A stretch of DNA of 64,000 nucleotides from Podarcis muralis. Lineage: Eukaryota. Each line of letters opens with the position of its first letter. The first letter of the stretch is position 1. Below, one piece after another: positions 25,580 to 37,529 of this stretch. The stretch covers positions 25,234,001-25,298,000 of the forward strand of contig NC_135667.1 in assembly GCF_964188315.1 (NCBI RefSeq), given 5' to 3'. The notes beneath the pieces were generated by a model. That model was not told the DNA's origin and did not search any database. It saw only the letters and a list, made by a program, of their open reading frames with translations. The translations under genes and the position numbers were made by a program.

Positions 25580-25705
25580 AGCACACTGAGATGCTGCAAA
25601 CAAATACATGTTAATTTATATCTTCCCATCCTTGATGTAACTAAATTCTTTAGAAAAGCTTTTGGGAATGTTCCACTAATTAATCATTGGGGTCTAGAGA
25701 AGTTG
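25580..25705 (-). promoter_or_regulatory. Putative OR promoter cassette (O/E-like and homeodomain sites plus TATA-like element)
   Basis: GGGAATGTTCCACTAATTAATCATTGGGG at 25664-25692, ATTTATAT (TATA on - strand) nearby, and a candidate donor near 25545. Homologous blocks lie upstream of other ORs. Confidence 0.55.
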
Positions 25706-26543
25706 CAAAATATTTACACAGTAAATATGAATGATGAAAAAAGTGGGTGAAAAGAAGTTACCTCTAGGGATGTGAGAAATTACAAATGGCTTACATAAAT
25801 CCCAACATTTTAAGGTATTTAAGACAGTTTATCCATTCAATTAAAAATTCACCCATCTGGGGGGAAAAATGTGCAGGAAAATAGTCCGGGGGGGGGGGGG
25901 CTTTCAGCATCTGTAAACCATGTTGAATTGATTAGAATAAAATGAATGAAGTTGGTAAAACAACCAACAGTTTGAATGCCATACAGGTGCTCCCGGTTCC
26001 ACCCAACATTGTGGGTGCCCACTGCATGTGTTTGATTTCACTTGTGCCTCACACATGATATCACATGGCAGAAGGAGGCCCGATGGGGCCCGTCGTGCCC
26101 TCAGATGGGCTCTGTCAGGTCTTCCCAAAGTCTGTTGTTGCAGTGGGAGGGCCCAACAGAACCCAACGCAGCTGCAGCAGGCCCTGTCAGTTCTTTCTGA
26201 GGGTGTGATGGGCCCCATCAGGCCTCCTTCCACTGTGTGAGCTGTGGAATAATGAGGGGACCCGGCCCCTCCTTGAAAATTTTCATGGGGCCTCGGCTCC
26301 CGTGGCACTCCTGATACCATCCATTGTTTCCAGTGTGCTGTGCACATTTCTGAGTTTCACGGGACTCTTCATCCGTCTGAGCATTCAAGATCTAAGGAAA
26401 GTTGCACAAGATTTCCTTTAATTGTATGGAGAAACTAAGGAACTTCAGGTAGAGGTGTCAAAGTAGCACTGGAGAGTGCTGAGGAAAGGAATAATTCAAG
26501 ACAGTACTGAGGCCAAAGCATAGCTTGCTTTTTGCCTTTATAT

Positions 26544-26987
26544 CAGGGGTTGACAATCTTTTTAAACCAGACAGCACTTTTAATTTGGAGAAAGTGCCAA
26601 GCATAACATAGTTGCCATGGGGGGCGGGGAGAGTGTGATGTAACACAAAAATGGCTGCTGTGGGGAAATGGCATGGCACAAAATTGTAGAGAGTGCCAGT
26701 CCTTTTTTTCTGGGGGGATGCAGGGTTATGCATACCCCTAAACATTTTGTGAATCTACGTTTGACCTATGTATGAACAGCTGCTGACATGTAGCATTGTA
26801 TGCAATTGACTCTCCAGTTCAAAATCAAGGAATAAGCCAGGTAGTGTGGTCCAACCAAGGTCCATGAATTAGCCTTATATGTGGAGAGAAACATGTGAAT
26901 AGGCTCCCTCCATCACAGGCCTACAGTCTCCAGAAGGCTATCTAAAAGGGAAATTGGCCTTGGGCTGAAAAGTGTTGCCGACTCCTG
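26544..26987. mobile_element. Degenerate hAT-like MITE
   Basis: Imperfect TIRs caggggttgacaa / ttgccgactcctg; TSD not matching. Confidence 0.4.
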
Positions 26988-27518
26988 CAATAAGCAAAAC
27001 GAAGTAACAATCCTTTGCGCCCCCTTCCAGATATAGTCTTGGTATTAATTCGAACAATCTGATATGTGCTTATATTTAAATAAATCAAAACATGAAATGG
27101 AAAAGAGTTGTCCAAGCTTATTGAGCTCTTTAATATTTTCTCATCTGTATTGCAGGCAAGACAACAAAATCATCCAAAGTAAAGCTGTAAAATCAGCAAT
27201 AGAATACTGAAGGGATGCACAAGAAACAATAGCCTAGTAATCACAAAGAGAATATTAGGAAGTATCTAGACTGCACTACTTGTACTTGCAGGTGGTCTTT
27301 CAGATGACAGAGGGGGTAGTGTTGGTAGGGTTGGCAAATCTGATAATTTCAGTTCCTCAAATTTCAGTTTCTTATCTCCCCATCCCTCAGACTTAAGTTC
27401 CCATCAGTATGCGTTTTTTAATTATTCATGAAAATTCATCAGCATTTTAATATGAGTATGCAACATTTTGTAAAACAATTTCCCGGTATACAATACATAT
27501 TTAATATCCTATTTAATA

Positions 27519-28327
27519 TCATTTATGGAGAGCATGTGTTGTGGTGGGGTCTGGCAGGACCCCCCCCCCCTTTGTTGCTTGGTGGGATCATTTAGATGGC
27601 CATGACAGTGATTCGGCTATTCTGGGTTGTTGGGCAAATTTTGATGTTGCTAATTTGATCGACAGCCCAAAGGCTATACATTCCCTGCATGCAGCGTGAG
27701 CGTTCTCTTTCGCTGTATGCATCGGATCACCTACCCACCCTCCCTAATTTTAGGGCTTTTGTGTTTGACCTTGCTATGCCTGTCATGGGGTGTCTGCTTT
27801 TGGGGCAGGGGCCTGGTAGGAATTTTGTCCATTTGGCTGATTGGCTGGTGTCATTTGGTTTTTGCCTACTGCATAGCAAATTGTCACAACTTGTAAGGTT
27901 GTGGTTAGGCACTGGTTAAAAATTGGTTGATGGAGGGGTAAGGATTGGCTGTGCCTGCCCCTCCAATGCTGGTGCTGCACAGGTATTCCGTTAAAGGAAT
28001 CCAGGGGCTCACCATGCTTTTGTCCGAATCCCTCACAAGGGGCTTGGGTCGCGCAAGAGGCCCTGGGAACATTTGGGGAGATGTGAGGGTCTGGAACCCA
28101 GCTCCATTCGCTCCATAGAAATGTTTTTCCTTACTGACTTTTGCAGGGTTACGGATGTCAGTTCTGTCCCTAGGCGGGGGCAGATAGTTGTAACCAATGC
28201 CTAAGCAACCACTCACATTTTGTATTTTAATAAAGTTGTGGCCACAATTATGCCAAAAACCTTAAATAAAAATTCTGTGTGAATTGTGAATTATTTAGAG
28301 GGGTGGCTTGGGGACCTCAACATGCAA
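27519..28327 (+). mobile_element. Unclassified LTR-like repeat, copy A
   Basis: Homologous in reverse orientation to 35612-36431. TG-initial core (tgttgtgg at 27537), CCAAT-like boxes, AATAAA about 100 bp from the end, and terminus gggacctcaacatgcaa. Confidence 0.7.
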
Positions 28328-29016
28328 TTTCAGTTCCTCAAAGTTTCTCATCCCCCAAAAAAACTTAAATTCCCATCAGTATGCATTTTTTAACTATTCA
28401 TGAAAATTCACCAGCATTTTAATATGAGTATTTCCTATTATGCAACATTTTGTAAAACAAATTTCCGGTATACATTACATGTTTGTATGTTGTTTTCGCT
28501 AATATCTGTATTTTATGTAGATCTTTTATACACCTTACTGTGCTTCAACAAGTCATCATGAAATTGAGGAACAAACTTCAAGGATGGCTATGTTATAGTT
28601 TTTGTATTGTTCCAGAAAGTAATTCAGTCAGTTTGTGATTATCTGGTACGTGGATAAAATTTCTCTTTCATCCCTAGTGGTGGGTTTATATAGGTGATAA
28701 AAACAATTAACAATAGACAATGAGGTGTTCTCCCAGCTATCTGTCTTTCTAAACCAGGAATATTATATGAAACATTCAGCCTTCATGTAAACTTGTGCCA
28801 TCCAGAAACAGTTTACCGCTCCTCTTTAGATGATCAGACACATGCCTATGATTAAATGTATAATTAATATTTATTAAAAAGAGTTTTCAAATATCTTAAT
28901 TTCAAAGAAATTACAAACATAAAACTTTTTTTCTTTTAACTTCATAAAATCAGAAAGGCTTTTAGTGAAAAATTTGTTATGAGTTAGTGCTTAACAGTAT
29001 AGTTAGTCCCTTAATC

Positions 29017-30636
29017 CAGTGTTTCCCAACCGGTGTTCCGCGGCACACTAGTGTGCCGCCGGACGTTGCCTAGTGTGCCGTGGAAGTAGTGGCGTAGCGT
29101 GGGGGGTGCCAGGGGTGCCAGTCGCACCGGGCGCAACATCTGCGGGGGGCGCGAGTCCAGAGGGAAGGGACAAGTTCCTTCCTCCGCCGGGCTCCCCGCC
29201 GCCACCGCCAGCCTTGCGCCCTAGCGCGCGCGCCCCCCGCCGCCGCTGCGGCTGCGCTCCACTCACTGCTCGCAGGAGGAGCAGCCACTGCAGCAGCGCT
29301 GACACCGCCACCGACGCCTGGCCGGGCACGGGCAGCCTCCGCTCCCCGACGCCGACGCCATCCCCTTCCCCCTTTTTTTCCAGAGCTGGGGGAGGGGGAG
29401 GTTTTAAAAGGGGGTCTTGCATTGGCGATCCTGCAGCACTTTGGGCCGCACGACGCGAGCGCGCAGCACGGATCAGCCACGACCCCACCCCGTGCATTTC
29501 CCAGGGAAAAGTGCTCCACATGGGAGGCGCGTTTCCCCTTCATTCCCTCTCGTGCAAATCCTCCTTGGGTTCCCTCCCCCGTCTTTCCTCTCCCTACCTC
29601 ACAAAAGCCTCACCTCGTCGCCTCCTCGCTGCCTCTCGCCTCCGCAGGAGCGTTTCCCTCCGCGGAAGAAGGAGCAGGGCGCTTTTGCAACTTTGCCTTC
29701 CCCGCCCCACCACGGAGCACATTTTCCTCGCCCCCCCAACCCCCGCATGTAGAATAGAAGCCCTCCAGCCTCCACGGTGCACAAACTCTCCCCTCTGCAA
29801 TGAAGCGCTTTGTTGCATATCTTTGGTGAGGTTTTTAGGCAGTCTTGGTGCACCTTAAATCAGCGCTAATTGCGCCTGGACGCAGTATTTACTTCTGAGT
29901 AGGCCCCCTTCTCCCCCCCCCCCCCCGTAGCACCTGACGTTGCTATTCGTATCATCAGGTTTGTTTGTTGATAATTTAATTGTTTTAAAAGCATCATGCT
30001 AAAGAGCTCTCTCCCACCCCCAGACCCTTGGGCAAAACAGAAACACACACATACACAAACACAGAGATTGAGCCCTGCAGGTTTTATGAAATGAATGGAT
30101 TCTGAATGCCTGTTTCAGTGGCTTGTCCGCCTTAGGCTGCTGGGCCAGACACCTGTTACACGGTGCAGTCCGTAAGCTGTGAGCGCTGCTACCTGCCGCC
30201 GAGACCACGTAACGACAGTCTTGAAAGACCTACATTGGCTCCCAGTACCTTTCCGAGCACAATTCAAAGTGTTGGTGCTGACCTTTAAAGCCCTAAGCGG
30301 TTTCGGTCCAGTATACCTGAAGTAGCGTCTCCGCCACCATCGTTCAGCCCAGACACTGAGATCCAGTGCCAAGGGCCTTCTGGCAATTCCCTCACTGTGA
30401 AAAGTGAGGTTACAGGGAACCAGGCAGAGGGCCTTCTCGGTAGTGGCGCCCGCCCTGTGGAATGCCCTCCCATCAGACATCAAAGAGATAACCATTACCT
30501 TCTATGCTGTTACTATTTTTTTATTTTTTTTTACATAAGTAAAAAGTGACTTTTCCCCATCTGGCATGGTGGTGTGCCTCGAGATTTTTTTCATGAAACA
30601 AGTGTGCCTTTGCCCAAAAAAGGTTGGGAAACACTG
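29017..30636 (+). mobile_element. Non-autonomous hAT DNA transposon, copy 2 (1,620 bp)
   Basis: Same TIRs as copy 1 but a different 8-bp TSD, CCTTAATC (29009-29016 and 30637-30644). The only difference I see from copy 1 is one extra C in a poly-C run. Confidence 0.95.
30196..30494 (+). mobile_element. L2-type fragment carried inside hAT copy 2
   Basis: Appears identical to 17462-17760. Confidence 0.85.
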
Positions 30637-30738
30637 CCTTAATCAACAATCATGATTTCATACCTATCAACATTTGTTCTGATGAGAATAGCGGCATCCT
30701 ATTTTACTGTGATTTCTTTGTACTCTGTTGCCAAATGT

Positions 30739-31100
30739 TCAGTTGATTGGATCATGTGCAGAGAAGAGTTTTATATCTGATTCTCAAATGCTCCCTTCCC
30801 TGCTTTTTTCTTAGGGTATATATTATGGGGTTTAAAGAAGGAGTCACTACAGTTTTCATAAAATAAATAATTTTGTCACTCTCTGGAGTACAGCTGGATT
30901 GGGGCCTAATGTAGACAAAAAAGGCTGTCCCATAGAATAATTTCACTATCATGAAGTATGAGGAGCAGAATGAAATTTAAGGGTAGCCCAAATCATATGG
31001 ATTTAGGAGACAATGATCAGCAAGAATGAACAGCAATTTCATATTTGGAGGTGTCTATGCATAACATTTTCACTAGTGGTGGGATATCACAGAATAAGTG
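30739..31100 (-). pseudogene. OR10-like pseudogene (3' half only, internal deletions)
   Basis: Remnants HLFCDIPPLVKM, VKLFYGTAFFVYIRPQSS and PSLNPIIYTLR, with stops and frameshifts. The TGA at 30739 matches the stop position of the OR at 22890. Confidence 0.85.
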
Positions 31101-31555
31101 TTACACAGAATTAGTTCATGGCATTGGGCAGGTCAACAGTAGTACCTCTGAGTTGTGTGAAAACCATTATGAAGGAATATTTACAGCCAGAGAAGGCAGT
31201 CTCTGAGCTGGGAGTTAGATTGAAAGATAGTGGTTATTGTCTTTTAAGAGTATACAGAAATGTGAGAACTGGAAAGCTGAATTTTACTATAGGAGTAATG
31301 GAGTTGTGAGGGAATGCTCCACTTAAACCTCAGTTCAGTAGGACAAGGATGTATCATCTAGTGAGAGAAGAATAATCCCAAACCAATTAGAAGTATCTAA
31401 AGATGTATCTGAAGTAGTGTGCATGCACATGAAAGCTCATACCAATAACAAACTATGTTGGTCTCTAAGATGCTACTGGAAGGAATTGTTTTATTTTGTT
31501 ACAGTTAGAAGTGGAATGAGTGCTGATTCCCTCGTCTGATATACTAAATCTACTA

Positions 31556-31938
31556 GGTAAAAGGTAAAAGACCCCTGGATGGTTAAGTTCAGTCAATGGT
31601 GGTGGTGGTGGGGGGGCGCTCATCTCGCTTTTCAGGCCGATGGAGTTGTCGTCTGTCCACAGACATCTTTCTGGGTCATGTGGCCAGCATGACCTAACTG
31701 CCTCTGCTGCAACGGGACACTGTAACGAGTGCCAGAGCACATGGAAACACCATTTACCTTCCTGCTGCAGCAGTACAAATTTATCTACTTGCAGTGGTAT
31801 GCTCTTGCACTGCTAGGTTAGCAGAAACAGGGACAGAGCAATGGGAGCTCACCATGTTATGCAGGTTCAAACTGCAGACCTTCCGATTGACAAGCCAAAG
31901 AGGCTCAGTGGTTTCGACCACAGTTCCACCCACGTGCC
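31556..31938 (-). mobile_element. Sauria-type SINE (pre-duplication)
   Basis: Full SINE layout on the - strand; a paralogous copy sits at the same position in unit 2 (37887-38266). Confidence 0.85.
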
Positions 31939-32574
31939 TAGCTGCTAAGTCTATTAGAGATTTCTCAAGGGTGGGAATCTGAAGGATAATTGGCAAATTA
32001 GAACTCACCTGACAGAAAGTACCAACCTGTTTCAGAATCCCCAGTTATTGAACCCTAAATTGTACCATGCCTGTGATTAGTTTAAGTAACTGAAGATAAT
32101 CAAAGCTTATTGAAAAGTCTTTGACATCTGATGAGTTCAGTGTGTGTATAGTTTGCTGTTTCTTTGAAGATTTCCAACTCCTGTATTATTTCTGTTTATT
32201 ATTCTTGTTGTGAATTAAATCCTTTTTCTGTTTAAATTCCATACAGCAAGTCTCCGAGTATGAGTTTTTTTAAAGAGGAAAAATACATTAAAAGTAGAAG
32301 TAAACTAATCATGCTGTAGAGGTTCCTGTACAGCAAACAGTATAAGAAATCTAATCATCAAAGAAGTTACAGATTTATGGTTAAACCAAAGAATCACTCC
32401 AAAATTATCGCTGAGGTACAGGCAATATAGATTGCTAGGTTGGAATCAGGTTCATTTCTGCAATAACTCTGTTATGAGTTAGACCTTAACAATATACTTA
32501 CAGACCCTTAATCACCAATGATATGTTCTGTGCTTATTGATTTTTCTTGTTGCCATACTCCATGGTTCATATTT

Positions 32575-33531
32575 TCAATTTGTTGGGTTCTGTACAGAGA
32601 ACAACCGTGAAACTGTCTTCTTAAATGCTCCCTTCACTTCTTTATTTCTTAGGGTATATATTATGGGGTTCAAAAATGGACTGACAACTGTGTACATAAG
32701 AGAAATCATTTGGTCACTCCGCGGAGTGTAGCTGGACTTGGGTATTAAGTAGGTGAAGAGGGCTGTCCCAAAAAATAGTGTCACCACCATGAGGTGTGAG
32801 GAGCAAGTGGAGAAGGCTTTTCTCCTTCCCTTGGCAGAAGGAAGTTTGAGGATGGTTGAAATTATACGGATGTAGGAGAGGATGATCAGCAGGAAAGGAC
32901 TCATGATGAAAATAGTAGACACTGCCATGACAAGAATCTCATTTTTGTAGGTGTCTGTGCATGCCATTTTCACCACTGGTAGGATATCGCAGAAGAAGTG
33001 TTGGATGTGTTTAGAACCACAGAAGGGTAAACTGAATATCCATGTTGTTTGAGCAATTTCTACTGAGATGCAAGTAATCCATGATGCAGCTGCAAGCTGT
33101 GCACATACCCGGCGGTTCATGATTACTGTGTAGTGCAATGGGTGACATATGGCAACATAGCGGTCATATGCCATAGCTGCCAAGAGGCAACATTCTGTCA
33201 GCCCCAGGATGGTGAAGGCATACATCTGGGCTGCACATCTTGCTAGGGATATGCTTTTATGCTCTGTTAACAAATGTACCAGCATCTGGGGCACCACACT
33301 AGTGGTGTAACACATTTCTAAGAATGATAGGTTCACTAAGAAGAAGTACATGGGAGTCTGAAGTGAAGGGTTGAGTTTTATGAGCAGAATAATGAGTGTG
33401 TTTCCCAGCAAGGTGATTATGTATGTCACCAAAAAAACAAAAAACAGCAAGATTTGCAGTTCAGCAAGATATGAAAACCCCTCCAGAATGAACTCATTCA
33501 GATTGGTCTGGTTCTCACCTAGTTTTTCCAT
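32575..33531 (-). CDS. Olfactory receptor, OR10-like array member 2, intact (318 aa)
   Basis: All canonical OR motifs present (MAYDRYVAIC, KAFSTCSSHL, PFLNPIIYTLRNKEV). Confidence 0.96.
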   Translation of the reverse strand: MEKLGENQTNLNEFILEGFSYLAELQILLFFVFLVTYIITLLGNTLIILLIKLNPSLQTPMYFFLVNLSFLEMCYTTSVVPQMLVHLLTEHKSISLARCAAQMYAFTILGLTECCLLAAMAYDRYVAICHPLHYTVIMNRRVCAQLAAASWITCISVEIAQTTWIFSLPFCGSKHIQHFFCDILPVVKMACTDTYKNEILVMAVSTIFIMSPFLLIILSYIRIISTILKLPSAKGRRKAFSTCSSHLMVVTLFFGTALFTYLIPKSSYTPRSDQMISLMYTVVSPFLNPIIYTLRNKEVKGAFKKTVSRLFSVQNPTN

Positions 33532-35009
33532 AGAATGGATATCCTGTGTGGAAAAGGAAATGACAAATACACATCATTAATTAAATGTGGTAATCATAGT
33601 AGAGCTAGCTGGAGCATACAAAAGACCCATCTAGTGGATGATCCTAATCTCACCATGGCAAAACAGAAGCCTACATGAAGCCCTCAAGCAGGACACTAAT
33701 GCAATAGCTCTCTCCCCAATGAGGATTGCTTTCTGTGACTATGAAAGTAAGTTGGCTAGCAGTCATTAGGATAATCTTACTGGAGGCTAAAAATTTCCCA
33801 AATTTTTCCACATTCCTTCTCAGAGTTTGGAGTTCTAAATTAACTGGCTTTCTCCCTGGAAATAAAACCAATACATTCAAGAATCCTCCCATAGTTCCTT
33901 TCATATTTCTCAATCTTTCAATGAGCACTGTGTAGACACAATTTTGTTCCATTTTCAGCTTCCTCATATATCCCTGCTCTCTCCAAGTGCATCCACATTG
34001 CTAGTGTACAGGTGTACATGTTGAGAAAAAAAGGATGCAGTAAAGAAGCTGTGTTATGCCCCCCCCCCCCCGTTGACCAAAAGCAGTGGTCAATGATGCA
34101 GCTCTTTAAATATTAACAAATCTATTGTTACGTAATAGTTTATGGTCAACAATCCACCAATGCTACTGATGACTTATACGAATTCCTAAAAAAGCATAAA
34201 AGAGTAAACTTGATCCAGTTGTACATGCATTTGGATTAAGGTTATCACCAGTTGTGTTTTATCACTGTACAGAGCCGCTTTATATCTCAGCAAAGCACAA
34301 CACTTTTAAGAAAGCCATCACATGTTCATTACCATCACATTGTTATTATTGATGCTGCCAGAACTCATTCATGCAGATTATTTTTTTAAGTCATAAAGTA
34401 ATATATTTGCCCCTTGCATCAAAGCTTTTGAGGCTGGGATGGAGAAGTTGTGGTTTTCCAGCTGTTAGTGGACTATTTTCCATGTCTGTCACAGACAATG
34501 GAACTCGGATTCCACTAAAACCTGGGGGTCACCAAAGATCTCCCACCCATGTTCTACAGCGTGCTTCAGTTTAAGCTCATCTGATCTGTTTGGTGAAGCA
34601 GACTTCAAATTGCAACCTCCTATTAGCCATGAAATGGAAAGCACTCAGGTACAATGGGTTGTACTCAACACTGCTCTTCCACTCACAGAAGAGACTCTCC
34701 TTGTGCATTGGAACTTAGATTCTCCTGAAGCACCCACACACCCTCAAAACCTGCTCTAGGAGGTTCAGCGACCTTATGGAGCACACTAGGGGAAGGGGGG
34801 GGGGCATGTGATCAGAAAATGAAACTGAAGTCCCATTGCTTGAATGCTATGAGCGCTGTAACTTTTCTTCACTGTGATCTGTGGCTTTGTAGGTGGAGTA
34901 AGGTAAAACACTGAAAAACACAGGGTAGTTTGATTTGAATCGTTTATATTTCTTTATTTCATTTCTTTCATGGCTTGAATTTTCTTGGTTGTGAAATAAA
35001 AATGAAGAT

Positions 35010-35048
35010 AGATAGATGATAGAGATAGATGATAGATAGATAGAGAGG

Positions 35049-35082
<34 letters not shown>

Positions 35083-35085
35083 TGA
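35010..35085. repeat. (GATA)n/(GA)n compound microsatellite
   Basis: Read directly. The paralogous position in unit 2 is the gap at 41603-42115. Confidence 0.85.
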
Positions 35086-35356
35086 TAGAATATCTCACAG
35101 TTGAGATTCTCCTAACAGTATCTAGCTATAAAAGCATTACAGATAAACATACCAGAATTAAAAAACAGTCAATCGTGATCAAAAGTTCTTTGACTTAGAT
35201 GTAACAATCATACCTTAGGCCCATAAAATCTTACTTTGCAAAAGAAGTAACTGCTGTTTCGTGCGTCAGAGCGGTGCACCATGATGCACCAAACAAAGAT
35301 ATTTTCATATATGTGATCTCATTCTTGATGCAACTGAATTTCGAAGGAATACATTT

Positions 35357-35386
35357 GGGAATTTTCTGCTAACTAATCCATGGGGG
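35357..35386 (-). promoter_or_regulatory. Putative OR promoter motif
   Basis: GGGAATTTTCTGCTAACTAATCCATGGGG, about 1.85 kb upstream of the ATG at 33531. Confidence 0.5.
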
Positions 35387-35423
35387 TAAGAATGGCTAAC
35401 AAAAAATATATGCATTTAATTTA

Positions 35424-35516
35424 TCTAAGAAAGATAGGTTTACCAAAAAGAAGTACATGGGAGTTTGAAGGGAATGGTTGAGTTTCACAAGCAGAATTAT
35501 GAGCATGTTCCCAACT
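35424..35516 (-). pseudogene. 93-bp OR fragment at the duplication junction
   Basis: 91/93 identical to 44252-44344 (the OR at 43510-44466), in the same orientation. Confidence 0.9.
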
Positions 35517-35611
35517 CTGTTGCCAAATGTTCAGTTGGTTGGATCATGTGCAGAGAAATTTTTTATAACTGATTCTCAAATGCTCTATTCACTTCTTTTT
35601 CTTAGGGTATA

Positions 35612-36431
35612 TGTTGCGTGCTGAGGTCCCCCCAAAACACCTTTATCCAAATAACTCACACTTCACACATAATTTTTGTTTAAGGTTTTTGGCATAATTT
35701 TGGCCACAACTTTATTATCATACATAATTGTGAGTGGTTGCTTAGGCATTGGTTATGACTAGCTGTCCCCCCCCCCCCCCCCCGCCTTGGGGACAGCACT
35801 GGCTTCCGGATTCCAGCGAAAGCCAGTGTGGAGGAACAAGTTCAGGGATAACTGGAGCTGCGACACAGACCCTCAGCTTCTCCCTGCATGCTCCTAGGGG
35901 CTTACACGGCCCAAACCCGATTCCAGGGGTCTGGACGAAAGGATGGTAAGCCCCTGAATTCCTTTAATGGAATTCCTGTGCAGCAACAGCATTGGAGGGG
36001 CAGGCACAGCCAATCCATACCCCTCCACCAACCAATTTAACCAATGCCTAACCGCCAACCTTACAAGTTGTGACGATTTGCTACGCAGTAGGCAAAACCC
36101 AAAAGGCACACACTAATCAGCCAATTGGAAAAATTCCTACCAGGCCCCCGCACCAATGCGGACGACCCCATGACAGGCATAGCAAGGTCAAAGCGCAAGC
36201 CCAAACAAGGGAGGGCGGGCGGGTGATCCGATGTCCACAGCGAAAGAGAAAGTAGCCTACTGTGGACCCTGGTTAAATAACCTCTGATCCCACCCCTAAA
36301 TTTGCATCACATTTCCCCTAGTCACACACACACCAACCAACACTAGGCCGCATCCAATTTTGCCTAGTCACTGCATAGTGTTTTGTCCGGCCCCATCCGC
36401 AACACATGCTCTCCTTTAGTGAGAACATGCT
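35612..36431 (-). mobile_element. Unclassified LTR-like repeat, copy B (820 bp, no TSD)
   Basis: 7-bp inverted ends tgttgcg / cgcaaca (35612; 36398-36404) plus a 27-bp extension containing a hairpin. Removing it restores the OR sequence gggtata|ttatggg exactly. Confidence 0.8.
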
Positions 36432-36604
36432 TTATGGGGTTTAAAGAAGGAATCGTTACAGTGTTCATAAAATAAATAATTTTGTCACTCACCAGAGTGT
36501 AGCTGGATTGAGGCCTAATGGAGGCAAATAAGGCTGTCCCATAGAACAATTTCACTACCATGAAGTGTGAGGATCAGAATGAAATTTAAGGGTAGCCCAG
36601 ATCA

Positions 36605-37529
36605 CACTGACCAGATGCTTGGAAGCTGTAGCTGGATGGTTTAGTGGGAGCCGATTGAAACTAAATCCTTTGAAGACAGAGGTCCTATGGCTGGGTCGGG
36701 ATGGCATGGGGATGAGGGACCAACTCCCTTCTCTTGCGGGGGCCCAATTAGTGCCATTGCCTTCTGTTAAGAGTTTCGGTGTAATCCTTGACACCTCCCT
36801 TTCCATGGAGGTGTAGGTTACAGCAACAGCCAAGGCGACATTTTTCCACCTTCGCTGCATCAAGCAGTTGGTCCCTTACCTTTCCTGCCCCGAACTGGCC
36901 ACAGTGATCCATGCGACGGTCACCACCAGGCTTGATTACTGTAATTCGCTCTACGCGGGGCTGCACTTGAAGCTGTGCAGAATGCTGCAGAGAGGCTCCT
37001 CACGGGGTCTCTGCCATGGGAGCATATTCACCCAGTGCTTTTCCAGCTGCACTGGCTCCTGGTGGAGTACAGGGTCAGATTTAAGGTGCTGGTTTTGACC
37101 TTTAAAGCCCTTCATGGCCTAGGACCCTCGTACCTACGGGACCGCCTCTCCCAGTATGCCCCACAGAGAGCCTCAAGCTCCATAAATAGCAACACCCTAG
37201 TGATCCCGGGCCCTAAGGAAGTTAGATTAGCTTCAACCAGAGCCAGGGCCTTTTCAACTCTGGCTCCGGCCTGGTGGAACGCTCTGCCTCATGAGACCAG
37301 TGCCCTGCAGGATCTGATTTCTTTCCGCAGGGCCTGTAAGACAGTGTTGTTCCACCTGGCCTTTGGCTTGGAGCCAATTTGATTCCCTTCCCCTCTTTCT
37401 TTTTTCTTTTCCTTTCTCCTTCTGTGATGAGGCTACATTTTAATATTTTAATGTTTCAGTATTTTAATGTTGTATTTTAATTTTGTTTTTAAGTTGTATT
37501 CATTCAACTTGTTTTTATTATTGCTTGTT
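36605..37529 (+). mobile_element. L2-type LINE 3' fragment
   Basis: Translates to SRLKLNPLKTEVLWL...RLDYCNSLY...QNAAERLLTG...LHWLLVEYRVRFKVLVLTFKALHGLGPSYL...WWNALP, followed by an AT-rich 3' UTR. About 45 bp of target sequence is missing relative to unit 1. Confidence 0.9.

Larger units (their letters stand above)
30722..35420. repeat. Tandem segmental duplication, unit 1 (OR pseudogene 3' half, SINE, intact OR, upstream region)
   Basis: Collinear with 35514-42432 at roughly 90% identity by eye. Confidence 0.9.

Noticed and set aside
16284-30636. The two hAT copies as a segmental duplication
   Set aside because: Identity stops exactly at the TIRs, and each copy has its own 8-bp TSD.
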